Part shown: one piece after another, positions 36,334 through 45,518 of the stretch
Layout: every line of letters begins with the position of its first letter
How positions within the stretch are numbered: the stretch's first letter is position 1
NCBI GenBank assembly: GCA_016218805.1
Contig: JACRCW010000081.1
Span: forward strand, 1-64,000
Reading direction: 5' to 3'
DNA: 64,000 nucleotides
Source: Deltaproteobacteria bacterium
Lineage (GTDB): Bacteria > Myxococcota > JACRCW01
Notes under the pieces: generated by a model
The model's input: the letters and a program-made list of their open reading frames with translations, nothing else
Databases searched by the model: none
Told to the model about the DNA's origin: nothing
Position numbers and translations under genes: made by a program

Positions 36334-38172
36334 ATGTACGCCACCTCCCTCCTCTCCGTGGTCCTGGCCGCGAACCCCGCGCAGGCCACCCTCAAATGCG
36401 CCACCCCCGCCGTCACCGCGGCCGCCTCAGACACCACGGACGCACGCACGCGCGAGTCCGCGCAGAAGGGCGTGGACTTCCTGGCGCGCGCCACGTCCGC
36501 GTGGGCGGCGGAACACCGCTGCTTTGGTTGTCACGTGCAGGCGGTCACGCTGGAAGCGCTCTCCGTCGCCACGGACCGGCAGTACCGGGTGCCCGCCGCG
36601 GAGTTTGCGGCCATCAGGAACAGCATCCTCCATCATGACGGTGGCGCGCGCGGACCCAACGGGATCTACCACGGGGGTTACCCGCGCACGGCGCGCACCT
36701 TCGGCGGCGCCGCGCTGGCCAAGTACGACCAATACGTGGGCATTGACCTCAAGGACGACCTGGTGCGCGTGGGCCGGCAGCTGCTGGCCTACCAGCGTGA
36801 CGACGGCGCCGTGGTGGGTGACCACGAAGGCCGTCCGGTGACCACCGGCGTGATGCAGGCCACCTACCAGGCGATGCAGACCTGGCGGCAGCTGTACGCG
36901 CGCACCGCGGACACCGCGTGGCTGGCGCCGACGCAGAAGGCGGAGCGCTGGGTGCAGGGCACGGCGCGCGGGTGGGACGCGCTGCAGGGTGCGGTGTACC
37001 TGCAGGACATCAACTACGCGCTGCTGGGTCTGCGCGCCGCCGGCGTGAGCCGCGCGGAAGAGACCGCGGACCGGCTCATCCGTTTCCTGCTGGCGCAGCA
37101 GAACACCGACGGCGGCTGGGGCTTTTCCCAGGGCAGCAGCGACGCGTTTGCCACCGGGCAGACGGTGTACGCGCTGCGGCTGGCGGGTCTGGGTGACGGC
37201 GAGCGCGCGGTCACCCGCGGCGCGCGCTGGCTGGTGGACCACCAGCAGGCGGATGGCGGCTGGGGTGCGGGCGGCTCGGGCAAGGCAGAGGCCATGTGGG
37301 CGCTGCTGGGGCTGGTGGGCGTGGACGTGATGTCCGTGAACGTGGCGGGTCTGCTGGACGGCACGCGGCTCACCGGCACGCAGGCGCTGACCGTGACCGC
37401 GCAGGACAACCGGCAGGGCGCGGTGACGCGGCTGGAGCTGTTTGTTGACGACGTCAAGGTGGCGGAGGCCTGCGGCAACACGCTGGCACACGCGCTGGAC
37501 GCCCGCGCGCTCAAGGAGGGGCGGCACATTGTGGATGCGGTGGCGCACAACCGCGAGGGCCGCCAGGCGCGCCGCCGCCTGGAGCTGTTCACCGGTGACG
37601 TGTTCCTGTCGCAGCTGGGTTCCCGCTTTGACGGTGGCGCCACGCACGTCACGCTGCGCGGTCTGGCGGCTCCGCAAGGTGCGGAGCTGGTGCTGCGGGT
37701 GCTCGCCGCGGACACGTCCGCACGCGAGCTGTTCACCGCCCGGCAGCCCGCGCAGCAGGGGGCCATGGAGTTTGCCTGGAGCGGCCAGGATGCACGCGGC
37801 GGCAGCGCACCGCGCGGGCGCTACCTGGCTGAGGTCAGCTTCCGTGACCGCACCGGCCGCACGCTGCAGCGCGAAACGCTGCCGTTCTTCCACGACGTGG
37901 AGGAGGCCGCGCGGGCACAGACCGCGGAGGTGGCCGGTCAGTTGAGCGTGCGCGGCGCGGCACCCGCGGCCAACACCCGCGTGGAGTTGGTGGATGACGC
38001 GGGCAAGGTGGTCCAGGCCACCACGACGACGGAAGCCGGCCAGTACCGGTTCAAGAACGTGACGGACGGGAAATACAAGGTGCGCGTGAAGAAAGACGGG
38101 TTCGCCGATGCGGAGCAGGACATCAAGGCGGAGCGCGCGCAGGAGTCCAACGCCAGCATGTCGCTGAAGTGA
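36334..38172 (+). CDS. Exported protein: prenyltransferase/squalene-cyclase-like QW-repeat barrel with CxxCH, plus Ig-like, FlgD-like and carboxypeptidase-regulatory-like domains
   Basis: Signal peptide, CFGCH, YQRDDG/QQNTDGGW/HQQADGGW repeats, and ELFVD, F.W.G.D..G...P.G.Y and T...G.Y.F..V..G.Y.V.V.K.GF motifs. Confidence 0.8.
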   Translation: MYATSLLSVVLAANPAQATLKCATPAVTAAASDTTDARTRESAQKGVDFLARATSAWAAEHRCFGCHVQAVTLEALSVATDRQYRVPAAEFAAIRNSILHHDGGARGPNGIYHGGYPRTARTFGGAALAKYDQYVGIDLKDDLVRVGRQLLAYQRDDGAVVGDHEGRPVTTGVMQATYQAMQTWRQLYARTADTAWLAPTQKAERWVQGTARGWDALQGAVYLQDINYALLGLRAAGVSRAEETADRLIRFLLAQQNTDGGWGFSQGSSDAFATGQTVYALRLAGLGDGERAVTRGARWLVDHQQADGGWGAGGSGKAEAMWALLGLVGVDVMSVNVAGLLDGTRLTGTQALTVTAQDNRQGAVTRLELFVDDVKVAEACGNTLAHALDARALKEGRHIVDAVAHNREGRQARRRLELFTGDVFLSQLGSRFDGGATHVTLRGLAAPQGAELVLRVLAADTSARELFTARQPAQQGAMEFAWSGQDARGGSAPRGRYLAEVSFRDRTGRTLQRETLPFFHDVEEAARAQTAEVAGQLSVRGAAPAANTRVELVDDAGKVVQATTTTEAGQYRFKNVTDGKYKVRVKKDGFADAEQDIKAERAQESNASMSLK

Positions 38173-38249
38173 CCCGTCTCCTGGGTTGACGCCCCACGTC
38201 CGCCCCCCTAGATGCGCCGCTCCCGCGGCGCGGGTGGCGGAGGACGGCA

Positions 38250-38768
38250 ATGGCGGACAACGGCAAGGGCAGGGCGGGCGGGTTGCTCCTGGTTGAGCAC
38301 TTCATGACCTACAACCCGGAACTGCTGCACGTGAACAGCACGCTGGCGGACGCGGTGCTCCTGCTGCGGCGCGCGGAGTTCAAGCACATCCCGGTGCTGG
38401 ACGGTGACCGCCTGGTGGGCATCCTTTCCGACCGAGACGTGGCCCGGTTTGCACCCTCCATCCTCACGCCCATGCCGGGCCGCGAGTTCAACCGCGTGCT
38501 GGCGCAGACGGAGTTGGGGCGAGTGATGGCGGCCAACCCCCACTGGACCACGCCCACCACCACGCTGCGCGACGCGGCGGAGGTGATGCGCCTGCACGGC
38601 GTGGGCTGTCTCCCGGTGATGGAAGACGAGCGGGTGGTGGGCATCATCACCGTCACGGACATGCTGGAGGCGCTGTGCAGCGTGCTGGGCACCCCAACCG
38701 TCCCGCCCCCGCAGACCGCCACCAAGAAGCCCGCCAAGCGCGCGCGCAAGGTGGCCGCGCGCGGCTGA
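38250..38768 (+). CDS. CBS domain pair protein
   Basis: HIPV.D...LVGILSDRD and GCLPV......VGIIT.TD motifs. GGAGG RBS. Confidence 0.9.
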   Translation: MADNGKGRAGGLLLVEHFMTYNPELLHVNSTLADAVLLLRRAEFKHIPVLDGDRLVGILSDRDVARFAPSILTPMPGREFNRVLAQTELGRVMAANPHWTTPTTTLRDAAEVMRLHGVGCLPVMEDERVVGIITVTDMLEALCSVLGTPTVPPPQTATKKPAKRARKVAARG

Positions 38769-38770
38769 GG

Positions 38771-39493
38771 TCACTCCGCCAGCAGCCGCTCCGCCTCTTC
38801 CTTCTCCGTGGAGAAATGGAAGTGCTGGTAGACCTGGAACAGGTTCTCCGGGTCCGCCACGCGGCCGCGCACCGCCTTGATCACCGCCAGCCGCCCGGGC
38901 CGGAATGAGAACAGGTCCACGAGCTCACCCACCTGGTCGCAGCTGAAGAAGTGGTGCGCGGCCGCGCTGCGCAGCGGCACCAGCTTCTTGTCCTCAAACG
39001 ACTCGGCTTTCATGGCGGCGATCAATGCGCGGAAGCGCGGCTCAGGCATCGCCGTGGGGGCCGGGGCCGGGGGCGGGACAGGCGGCGTGGGCTCGGGCGG
39101 CTCCGCACGCGGGGGTGGCCGCGGCGGCTCGGGCTCCGCGGCGCACGGGCACACCGCCAACACCTCCAACGTGCCGTGCATCCCGTCCCGCGTGGCAATC
39201 TCCTGCTGGAAGGTCAGCTCCGGGGCGAGCCGCACCACGACGGTGTACGTGCGGTCCGGGACCGCGCGGAAGTGCAACGGCAGCGGCTCGGACATCTGCC
39301 GCTGGTTGCCCAGGAACACGTCCGCGTGCGCACCACGCGGGCCCACCACGTCCACGGTGGACAGTCCGCGCGGCGCCGGCCGCAGCGAGTAGCGATGGAA
39401 CGCCGAGGCGGTTTCGCCAGGGACGCGCACGTGGTGCCCGCCCTGTTGGGCGCACAGCAATGACGCCAGCGTGGCAAGGGCGGCCGGGTGCAT
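38771..39493 (-). CDS. Exported protein with a C-terminal DUF4476-like domain
   Basis: M....F..L..A...ESFED.KL......F...QV..L...FSF...RL......V.DPEN...VY..F.F..EK. Start re-called at ATG 39493. Confidence 0.75.
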   Translation of the reverse strand: MHPAALATLASLLCAQQGGHHVRVPGETASAFHRYSLRPAPRGLSTVDVVGPRGAHADVFLGNQRQMSEPLPLHFRAVPDRTYTVVVRLAPELTFQQEIATRDGMHGTLEVLAVCPCAAEPEPPRPPPRAEPPEPTPPVPPPAPAPTAMPEPRFRALIAAMKAESFEDKKLVPLRSAAAHHFFSCDQVGELVDLFSFRPGRLAVIKAVRGRVADPENLFQVYQHFHFSTEKEEAERLLAE

Positions 39494-39497
39494 GAGG

Positions 39498-41432
39498 TCA
39501 GCCCGGCCGGCTCTTGGACCACACATCGTCAAACCGGGCGCCGAACGCCCCCGCGATGCCAGGGTCGTTCTTGATGGCGAAGCGGTTCTCGGAGTGCTTG
39601 GTGGAGGAGGATTCGCTGAAGTTGGCGGAGCCGGCGAACACGTCATCCCCCACCACGCCAAACTTCTCATGCATGGTCTTGGCCGCCTGGATGCGCACGT
39701 CAATGGGCAGGCCCTGCGCCTGCAGCGCCTTGAGCGCCGCCACCGTGGACGCCGTGAAGTCAGAATTCAGGATCACTTTCACGTCAACACCACGCCGCGC
39801 CGCCGCCACCAGCGCCTTGTACTCCGGAGCGCCCGCGCTCATGCCGTACATGGCCACGCGGATGGACTGGCCGGGCGCCGCGCGGTTGAACAGGTCGGTG
39901 GCCGCCGCCACCACGCTGGCGGGCCCCGCCGCCACCGCACCGCCCTCGCCCATCACGGGCGTGGTGCGCGTGCCGCCGCTGCCGTAACCCGTCCCGCCCG
40001 CCGGGGAACCGAACGGCCGGCTGTTGAAGAACGCCTCAATGTCCACCGCGGAAAGCCGGTCCTTCACGCGTGACACGTCGGTGCGCGTGATGCCCGGGAC
40101 CTTGCCCAGATCCTCCAGCGCCTCAAAGTCCCCGTGCTGCTCCCGCCACGCGACGATGGCGCGCGCGTCCGTCCCCGAGAAGCCGGCTGCGTCCAGTTCG
40201 TCGGCCGTGGCCGTGTTGATGCTCACCTGGCCGGACCCGAACATCCCCGTGCGCGTGAGCGCCTCCCGTTGCGCCGCGGCCAGCGCGGCCACCGCCGGCA
40301 CGCGCTCCTGGAGTTCCGCCAGGCTGTCAAAGCGGCCGTGCGTCTTGCGCGCCGCGGCGATGGCGCGCGCGGTGTCCTTCCCCACCAGGTCCGCCAGGCG
40401 CGCCGCATCCTGGGGCCGGTAGCCGTTGACGTCGAACGACGTCGTATCGCGCGCGGGCTGGTAGGCGGGGGGCGCGTCATCCGCCAGCGGGCGGTACAGC
40501 AGCGGCCGGCCGCCGTTGGCGGTGACCAGGTCATTCCACTTCTGCTTCTTGAAGTTGGCAAAGTTGTTGGGTGACAGGCAGGCGTCCGCGTTGTTGAAGA
40601 ACGCGGCAAACTCGTCCCCCCAGCCTTCCACCGCGCGCCGCGCTGAGCTGTCCGCGGCGTGGAACACGGTGAGGTCTTCGTAGTTCTGCTGGTCCGCGGT
40701 GTTGGACCAGTTGTAGGAGCCCGCCACCAGCCGGTCCGGCATCCCGTCCACAAACGTGGCAAATCCCTTGTGGTGCAGCAGCCCCTGCGTGGAACCGTGG
40801 TTGAAGCGCGGCATGTGCTTCTGCGCGTCCCACGCGTACGGGAAGTCCTTCTTGAACTTCACCTGCACGTTGGGGAGCTTCTTCTTCAGGATGGACGGGA
40901 GCGCGTTGCCGCCGTAGTCCGCCGCCTGCCCCGAATCCGCAATGATGCGGAAGGTGACATGGGGATTGTCCCGCGCAATGCGCACCACCGCCTCCTCAAT
41001 CTCGTCTGACTGGAATTCAAAGATCATCATGTTCACGTCCAGCCGCCGGCCCGCCGCGCGTGCCACGGAGCCATCCAGCTCCGTCACCAGCGTGCGGGAC
41101 AACCGCTCCTGGAACGTGAAATGGACGCTGACACCGTCCACGTTGGAAGCGTCCGCCAGGGCGGAGATGGACTGCTCGGCCAGCGCCAGCGCCTCGGTGA
41201 GTTGCGCGGTGTTCAGCGCGCCGGTGCCCGTGCCACCTACGCGTTCAAAGGCATCCGCCACGGCGCGGGCTTCCCGCGTGGTCAGAAAGCGGTCCTTGTT
41301 CTGGCCGGCGGCGCGCGCCAGCACCTGTTCCACCTGCGCCTGTCCCGCGCCGTCCGCGCGTGCCAGCACGGTGTCCACCACGCCCCGCGCGTCCTGGCTC
41401 ACCTTCACGCGCCGCCACGTCGTCGTTGTCAT
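39498..41432 (-). CDS. Phospholipase D/nuclease-superfamily protein with two PLD domains and two internal ComEA-type HhH modules
   Basis: HHK...GSYNWS and HEK...GSANFS half-sites. INTATADEL...ARAIVAWREQHGDF..LEDL.KVPGI and a second, more divergent copy. Confidence 0.85.
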   Translation of the reverse strand: MTTTTWRRVKVSQDARGVVDTVLARADGAGQAQVEQVLARAAGQNKDRFLTTREARAVADAFERVGGTGTGALNTAQLTEALALAEQSISALADASNVDGVSVHFTFQERLSRTLVTELDGSVARAAGRRLDVNMMIFEFQSDEIEEAVVRIARDNPHVTFRIIADSGQAADYGGNALPSILKKKLPNVQVKFKKDFPYAWDAQKHMPRFNHGSTQGLLHHKGFATFVDGMPDRLVAGSYNWSNTADQQNYEDLTVFHAADSSARRAVEGWGDEFAAFFNNADACLSPNNFANFKKQKWNDLVTANGGRPLLYRPLADDAPPAYQPARDTTSFDVNGYRPQDAARLADLVGKDTARAIAAARKTHGRFDSLAELQERVPAVAALAAAQREALTRTGMFGSGQVSINTATADELDAAGFSGTDARAIVAWREQHGDFEALEDLGKVPGITRTDVSRVKDRLSAVDIEAFFNSRPFGSPAGGTGYGSGGTRTTPVMGEGGAVAAGPASVVAAATDLFNRAAPGQSIRVAMYGMSAGAPEYKALVAAARRGVDVKVILNSDFTASTVAALKALQAQGLPIDVRIQAAKTMHEKFGVVGDDVFAGSANFSESSSTKHSENRFAIKNDPGIAGAFGARFDDVWSKSRPG

Positions 41433-41461
41433 GCGTGCTCCTCCCCTCAGGATGCGCGGTG

Positions 41462-42496
41462 TCAGGTGCCCTGCGCCGGACCCGCGCACACGCGGTTGCG
41501 GCCGTCGCGCTTGGCCCGGTACAGCCGCTCGTCGGCCAGGCCCACCAGTTCGCCCGCCTCACGGAAGGCGGACGTCCACTCCGCCACGCCAATGCTCACC
41601 GTCACCGGAATGCGGCGCTCCTCAAACGTGAACGGGTGGCGCTCCACCAGCGCGCGGATGCCCTCCGCCAGGCGCTGCGCCCCGGTGATGGGCGTCTCGG
41701 TGGCAATGATGGCAAACTCCTCCCCGCCGTAGCGCGCCATGAACTCGCTGCGGCGCAGGCGCCCGTGCACCACCTTCACCAGGTCACGCAGCACCTGGTC
41801 CCCGGCGCGGTGGCCGTGCGTGTCATTCACGGTCTTGAACAGGTCCACGTCCACCAGCAGCAGGCACAGCGGCCGCCCGTAGCGGCGCGCCCGTTCAATC
41901 TCGCGGGACAGGAAGTCGTCAAAGTAGCGGCGGTTGGGCGCGTCCGTGAGCGGGTCACGCACGCTGGTCTCATGCAGGTAGCGCCAGTAGCCGTATTCCG
42001 GGTTGGACTCCGCCATGACCTTGATGGTGGCCGCGCCCATGAACACCAGGTCCCCGTCCTGCAGGCGCTCCGTCTCCACGCGCTTCTTGTTGAGGAACGT
42101 CCCGTTGGCGCTGGCCAGGTCCCGCAGTGCGTAGCCGCCCTGCGGATAGGGCTCAATCACGGCGTGCTGCCGGCTGACGCCCTTGGCGGTGAGCGGGATG
42201 GCCGCCTCCGGGTCCCGCCCCATGACGACGAGCCGGTCCCCCAGGGCGACGGTGTCACCAATGCGCCCGCCCTCCAGCACCACCACGTGCAGCGGTGCCT
42301 CGCCCTGCACCACCGCGCTGATGTCCTCGCGGCTGAACTGCGTGGTCTCCGTGAGCGGCTCGTCCGTCCCCGTGCGGGCAAAATCTGAGGTGGCTTCCAC
42401 CAGCGCGTGGTGCAGGTCGTACGCGGGGCGCGCCACCTCGGTGGGCGCGTCGTCGTCAGCGGGGGGCGGGGAGGCTGGGGGCCGGGGGTCCGTCAT
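41462..42496 (-). CDS. FHA-GGDEF diguanylate cyclase
   Basis: FHA motifs GR, VSRQHA and DL.S.NGT. D.LT...NRR, D.D.FK.VND.HGH..GD and RYGGEEF. Confidence 0.93.
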   Translation of the reverse strand: MTDPRPPASPPPADDDAPTEVARPAYDLHHALVEATSDFARTGTDEPLTETTQFSREDISAVVQGEAPLHVVVLEGGRIGDTVALGDRLVVMGRDPEAAIPLTAKGVSRQHAVIEPYPQGGYALRDLASANGTFLNKKRVETERLQDGDLVFMGAATIKVMAESNPEYGYWRYLHETSVRDPLTDAPNRRYFDDFLSREIERARRYGRPLCLLLVDVDLFKTVNDTHGHRAGDQVLRDLVKVVHGRLRRSEFMARYGGEEFAIIATETPITGAQRLAEGIRALVERHPFTFEERRIPVTVSIGVAEWTSAFREAGELVGLADERLYRAKRDGRNRVCAGPAQGT

Positions 42497-42544
42497 CGCG
42501 CGGGGGACCCTAGCAGGGGGCGGGCCCGGAGGGCAGCCGGTGGG

Positions 42545-42742
42545 TCAGTCCGCGTCGTCCGCCAGCGGGTTGCGCAACGCCCGCCACAGGAACTCCTGGT
42601 CCAGCGGGCCCAGGTCAAACTGCCGGGAGGCTTCGTCCACCAGCTCCACCAGTGGGACGCCGGGCCGGTCCCGGCGCGCCTGGCCAATCCAGCGCACGGC
42701 CTGACGGATGGCCTCACCGGGGCGGGCCACGGGCGTGGTCAT
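42545..42742 (-). CDS. Small hypothetical protein (65 aa)
   Basis: GE.IR.AVRWI......P.....L..EA...FDL.P.D.EFL pattern, which I recall from small deltaproteobacterial proteins. Fits between co-oriented genes. Confidence 0.65.
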   Translation of the reverse strand: MTTPVARPGEAIRQAVRWIGQARRDRPGVPLVELVDEASRQFDLGPLDQEFLWRALRNPLADDAD

Positions 42743-42773
42743 GCCGCCATCCTGCAACGCGTTGCTGACGCTG

Positions 42774-44048
42774 TCACCGGCATGGCGCGGGCAGCGCGCC
42801 CAGCGGGGTGAGCAGGTCCGCGTAGTTGTCCACGCGCGTGCCGCCAAACGCCCCGTCCGTGTACTGGAAGAAGTAGCGGTGCTCCGCGGGAATGGTCACC
42901 CCGGTGTAGTCCTGACCGTAGGCCTCCGCGTCCGTGACCGTGTTGCCAAACACCAGCCCGGGCAGCAGGCCCCGCGCCGCCAGCGTGGCCAGCTCGCCGG
43001 TCTTGTAGGTGACCGCGGTGCCCCCGGTGCCGCCCGTCAGGGTCAGCGTGGTGTGCACGGGGCCTGGGGGGAAGCCGCGCTCGCGGACAAACTCCCGCGT
43101 CCGCCCCACCAGGAACTCCGGGCGGGCAGTCACGTACATCACGCGCCAGCCGCGCCCTGCCAGCAGCGACAGCACTTCGGGCGCAGACGGGTTGGCGTTG
43201 GGCGTGGCACCCGTGAGCATGGCCGTGAATTCCTCGTTTTCCGACGTGGTCAACGTGCCATCCACGTCCGAAACCACGGTGGCGGTGCCGGGCGGAAGCA
43301 CGTCAATGAGCGCGTCCGTTGTGGACAGGTCACCCCGCACCACCAGGTGCACGCGGTGGCGTCCCGTGCCCAGCGTCTTGTCCGCCGGAATCTGGAAGTA
43401 CACGCGCCCGCCGCTGTCCTCCACGCCCTCCACCGGGGCGTGCGTGTTGTCGCTGGTGGTGGTGGCGGTGCCCAGCGCCTCCCACGCCCCGGCACAGCTG
43501 CGCAGCAGGTAGAGGTCCACGTCCTCATCCTTGAGGTCCTTGTCCGTCAGCCCGTAGGCGAACTTGGCGATCACCCACTGCGGGTCACCCGGGTTGAGCA
43601 GCAGGTCCCGGCCCCGGTGGTTGGGCGACCCGGTGGCGACGATGATGGGCGAGGCGATGTCATGCCGCCAGGCGGCCGCCGCGCCCGGGTCAGGCGGTGC
43701 CGCGTCACAGGCGGGGGCCGGCAGGCAGCCGGGCAGGCTGGCCCCGGATGCCGCGCCTGCGGACGAGCCGGTGGCTGCCGACGAGCCGGCGCTGGCAGCA
43801 GAGGAGCCGGAGCTGGCCGCCGAGGAGCCGGACGCCAGGGAGGTGGGGGACCCTCCCGACGACGCGGAGGTGCCTGCCGAGGAACCCACGGCCGCGCCGC
43901 TGCTGCTGCCCGTCCCGCTGGACGCGAGCCCGGTGGAGCCTGACGACGAGGTCCCGCCCGCGCCGCCGCCGCCATCCGGTTCGTCCGTGGGGGAGGCGCT
44001 GGTGCAGGCGGCCAGGCCGCCGGCCAGGAGTAGGGGGAAGATCCTCAC
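42774..44048 (-). CDS. Lipoprotein with a Ser-rich linker and an LNS2/PITP-type HAD phosphatase domain
   Basis: Lipobox LAAC, HAD motif I VVSDVDGTLT, motif II YVTARP, YK and FGNTVTD. AGGAGG RBS before GTG 44048. Confidence 0.85.
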   Translation of the reverse strand: MRIFPLLLAGGLAACTSASPTDEPDGGGGAGGTSSSGSTGLASSGTGSSSGAAVGSSAGTSASSGGSPTSLASGSSAASSGSSAASAGSSAATGSSAGAASGASLPGCLPAPACDAAPPDPGAAAAWRHDIASPIIVATGSPNHRGRDLLLNPGDPQWVIAKFAYGLTDKDLKDEDVDLYLLRSCAGAWEALGTATTTSDNTHAPVEGVEDSGGRVYFQIPADKTLGTGRHRVHLVVRGDLSTTDALIDVLPPGTATVVSDVDGTLTTSENEEFTAMLTGATPNANPSAPEVLSLLAGRGWRVMYVTARPEFLVGRTREFVRERGFPPGPVHTTLTLTGGTGGTAVTYKTGELATLAARGLLPGLVFGNTVTDAEAYGQDYTGVTIPAEHRYFFQYTDGAFGGTRVDNYADLLTPLGALPAPCR

Positions 44049-44171
44049 GGTGCGCCTCCTGCTCAGCGGGCACGGGCACCCGCAGAAGCGCGCGCACCCT
44101 AGCGGTGCCCGGCGTCCTCGCAACCCGCGCGCCTTCCGCCATCCGGCCGATGCGGCGCCGTCCCGCGGTTT

Positions 44172-44210
44172 GTGCTGAAACAGCACTCGCATATGCTGTA
44201 TCGGCATATG
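44172..44210. promoter_or_regulatory. Two adjacent inverted repeats, candidate enhancer/operator sites
   Basis: GTGCTG-AAA-CAGCAC (44172-44186) and CATATGC-N7-GCATATG (44190-44210) in an AT-enriched divergent intergenic region. Confidence 0.5.
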
Positions 44211-44250
44211 TTGGCCCGCGCCCCGCGCAGCTTCACGACGAGGCGCCGCG

Positions 44251-44266
44251 CGGCACGCCGCATGCT
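44251..44266 (+). promoter_or_regulatory. Candidate sigma54 promoter upstream of the enhancer-binding protein gene
   Basis: CGGCACG-CCGC-ATGCT closely matches TGGCACG-N4-TTGCW. Confidence 0.5.
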
Positions 44267-44397
44267 GTTACGGCAACCCGGACACGTTCACGGTGACCGC
44301 ACCCCACCCGCCGCGCGCCTTGCCGCCCTCGCCCGCCGCGCGCCTTGCCCCCGCGGCGGCCCCGCTCACCCCGGCCCCCGCCGCCTGAGGTACCACA

Positions 44398-45456
<1,059 letters not shown>

Positions 45457-45518
45457 CGGTCGGCAGACGCCGCCGCCCGGTTTGGACGGCGCTCCCGGCG
45501 TGCCGTAGGCTCGTCCAC

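Noticed and set aside
36334..38172. Squalene-hopene or oxidosqualene cyclase call
   Set aside because: It has a single barrel, no DxDD/DCTAE motif, and carries a signal peptide and Ig-like domains.
38186..38214. TTGACG-N17-TAGATG promoter-like sequence before the CBS gene (similarly TTGACC-N18-TACACA before the bactofilins)
   Set aside because: The -10 elements are too weak to support without TSS data.
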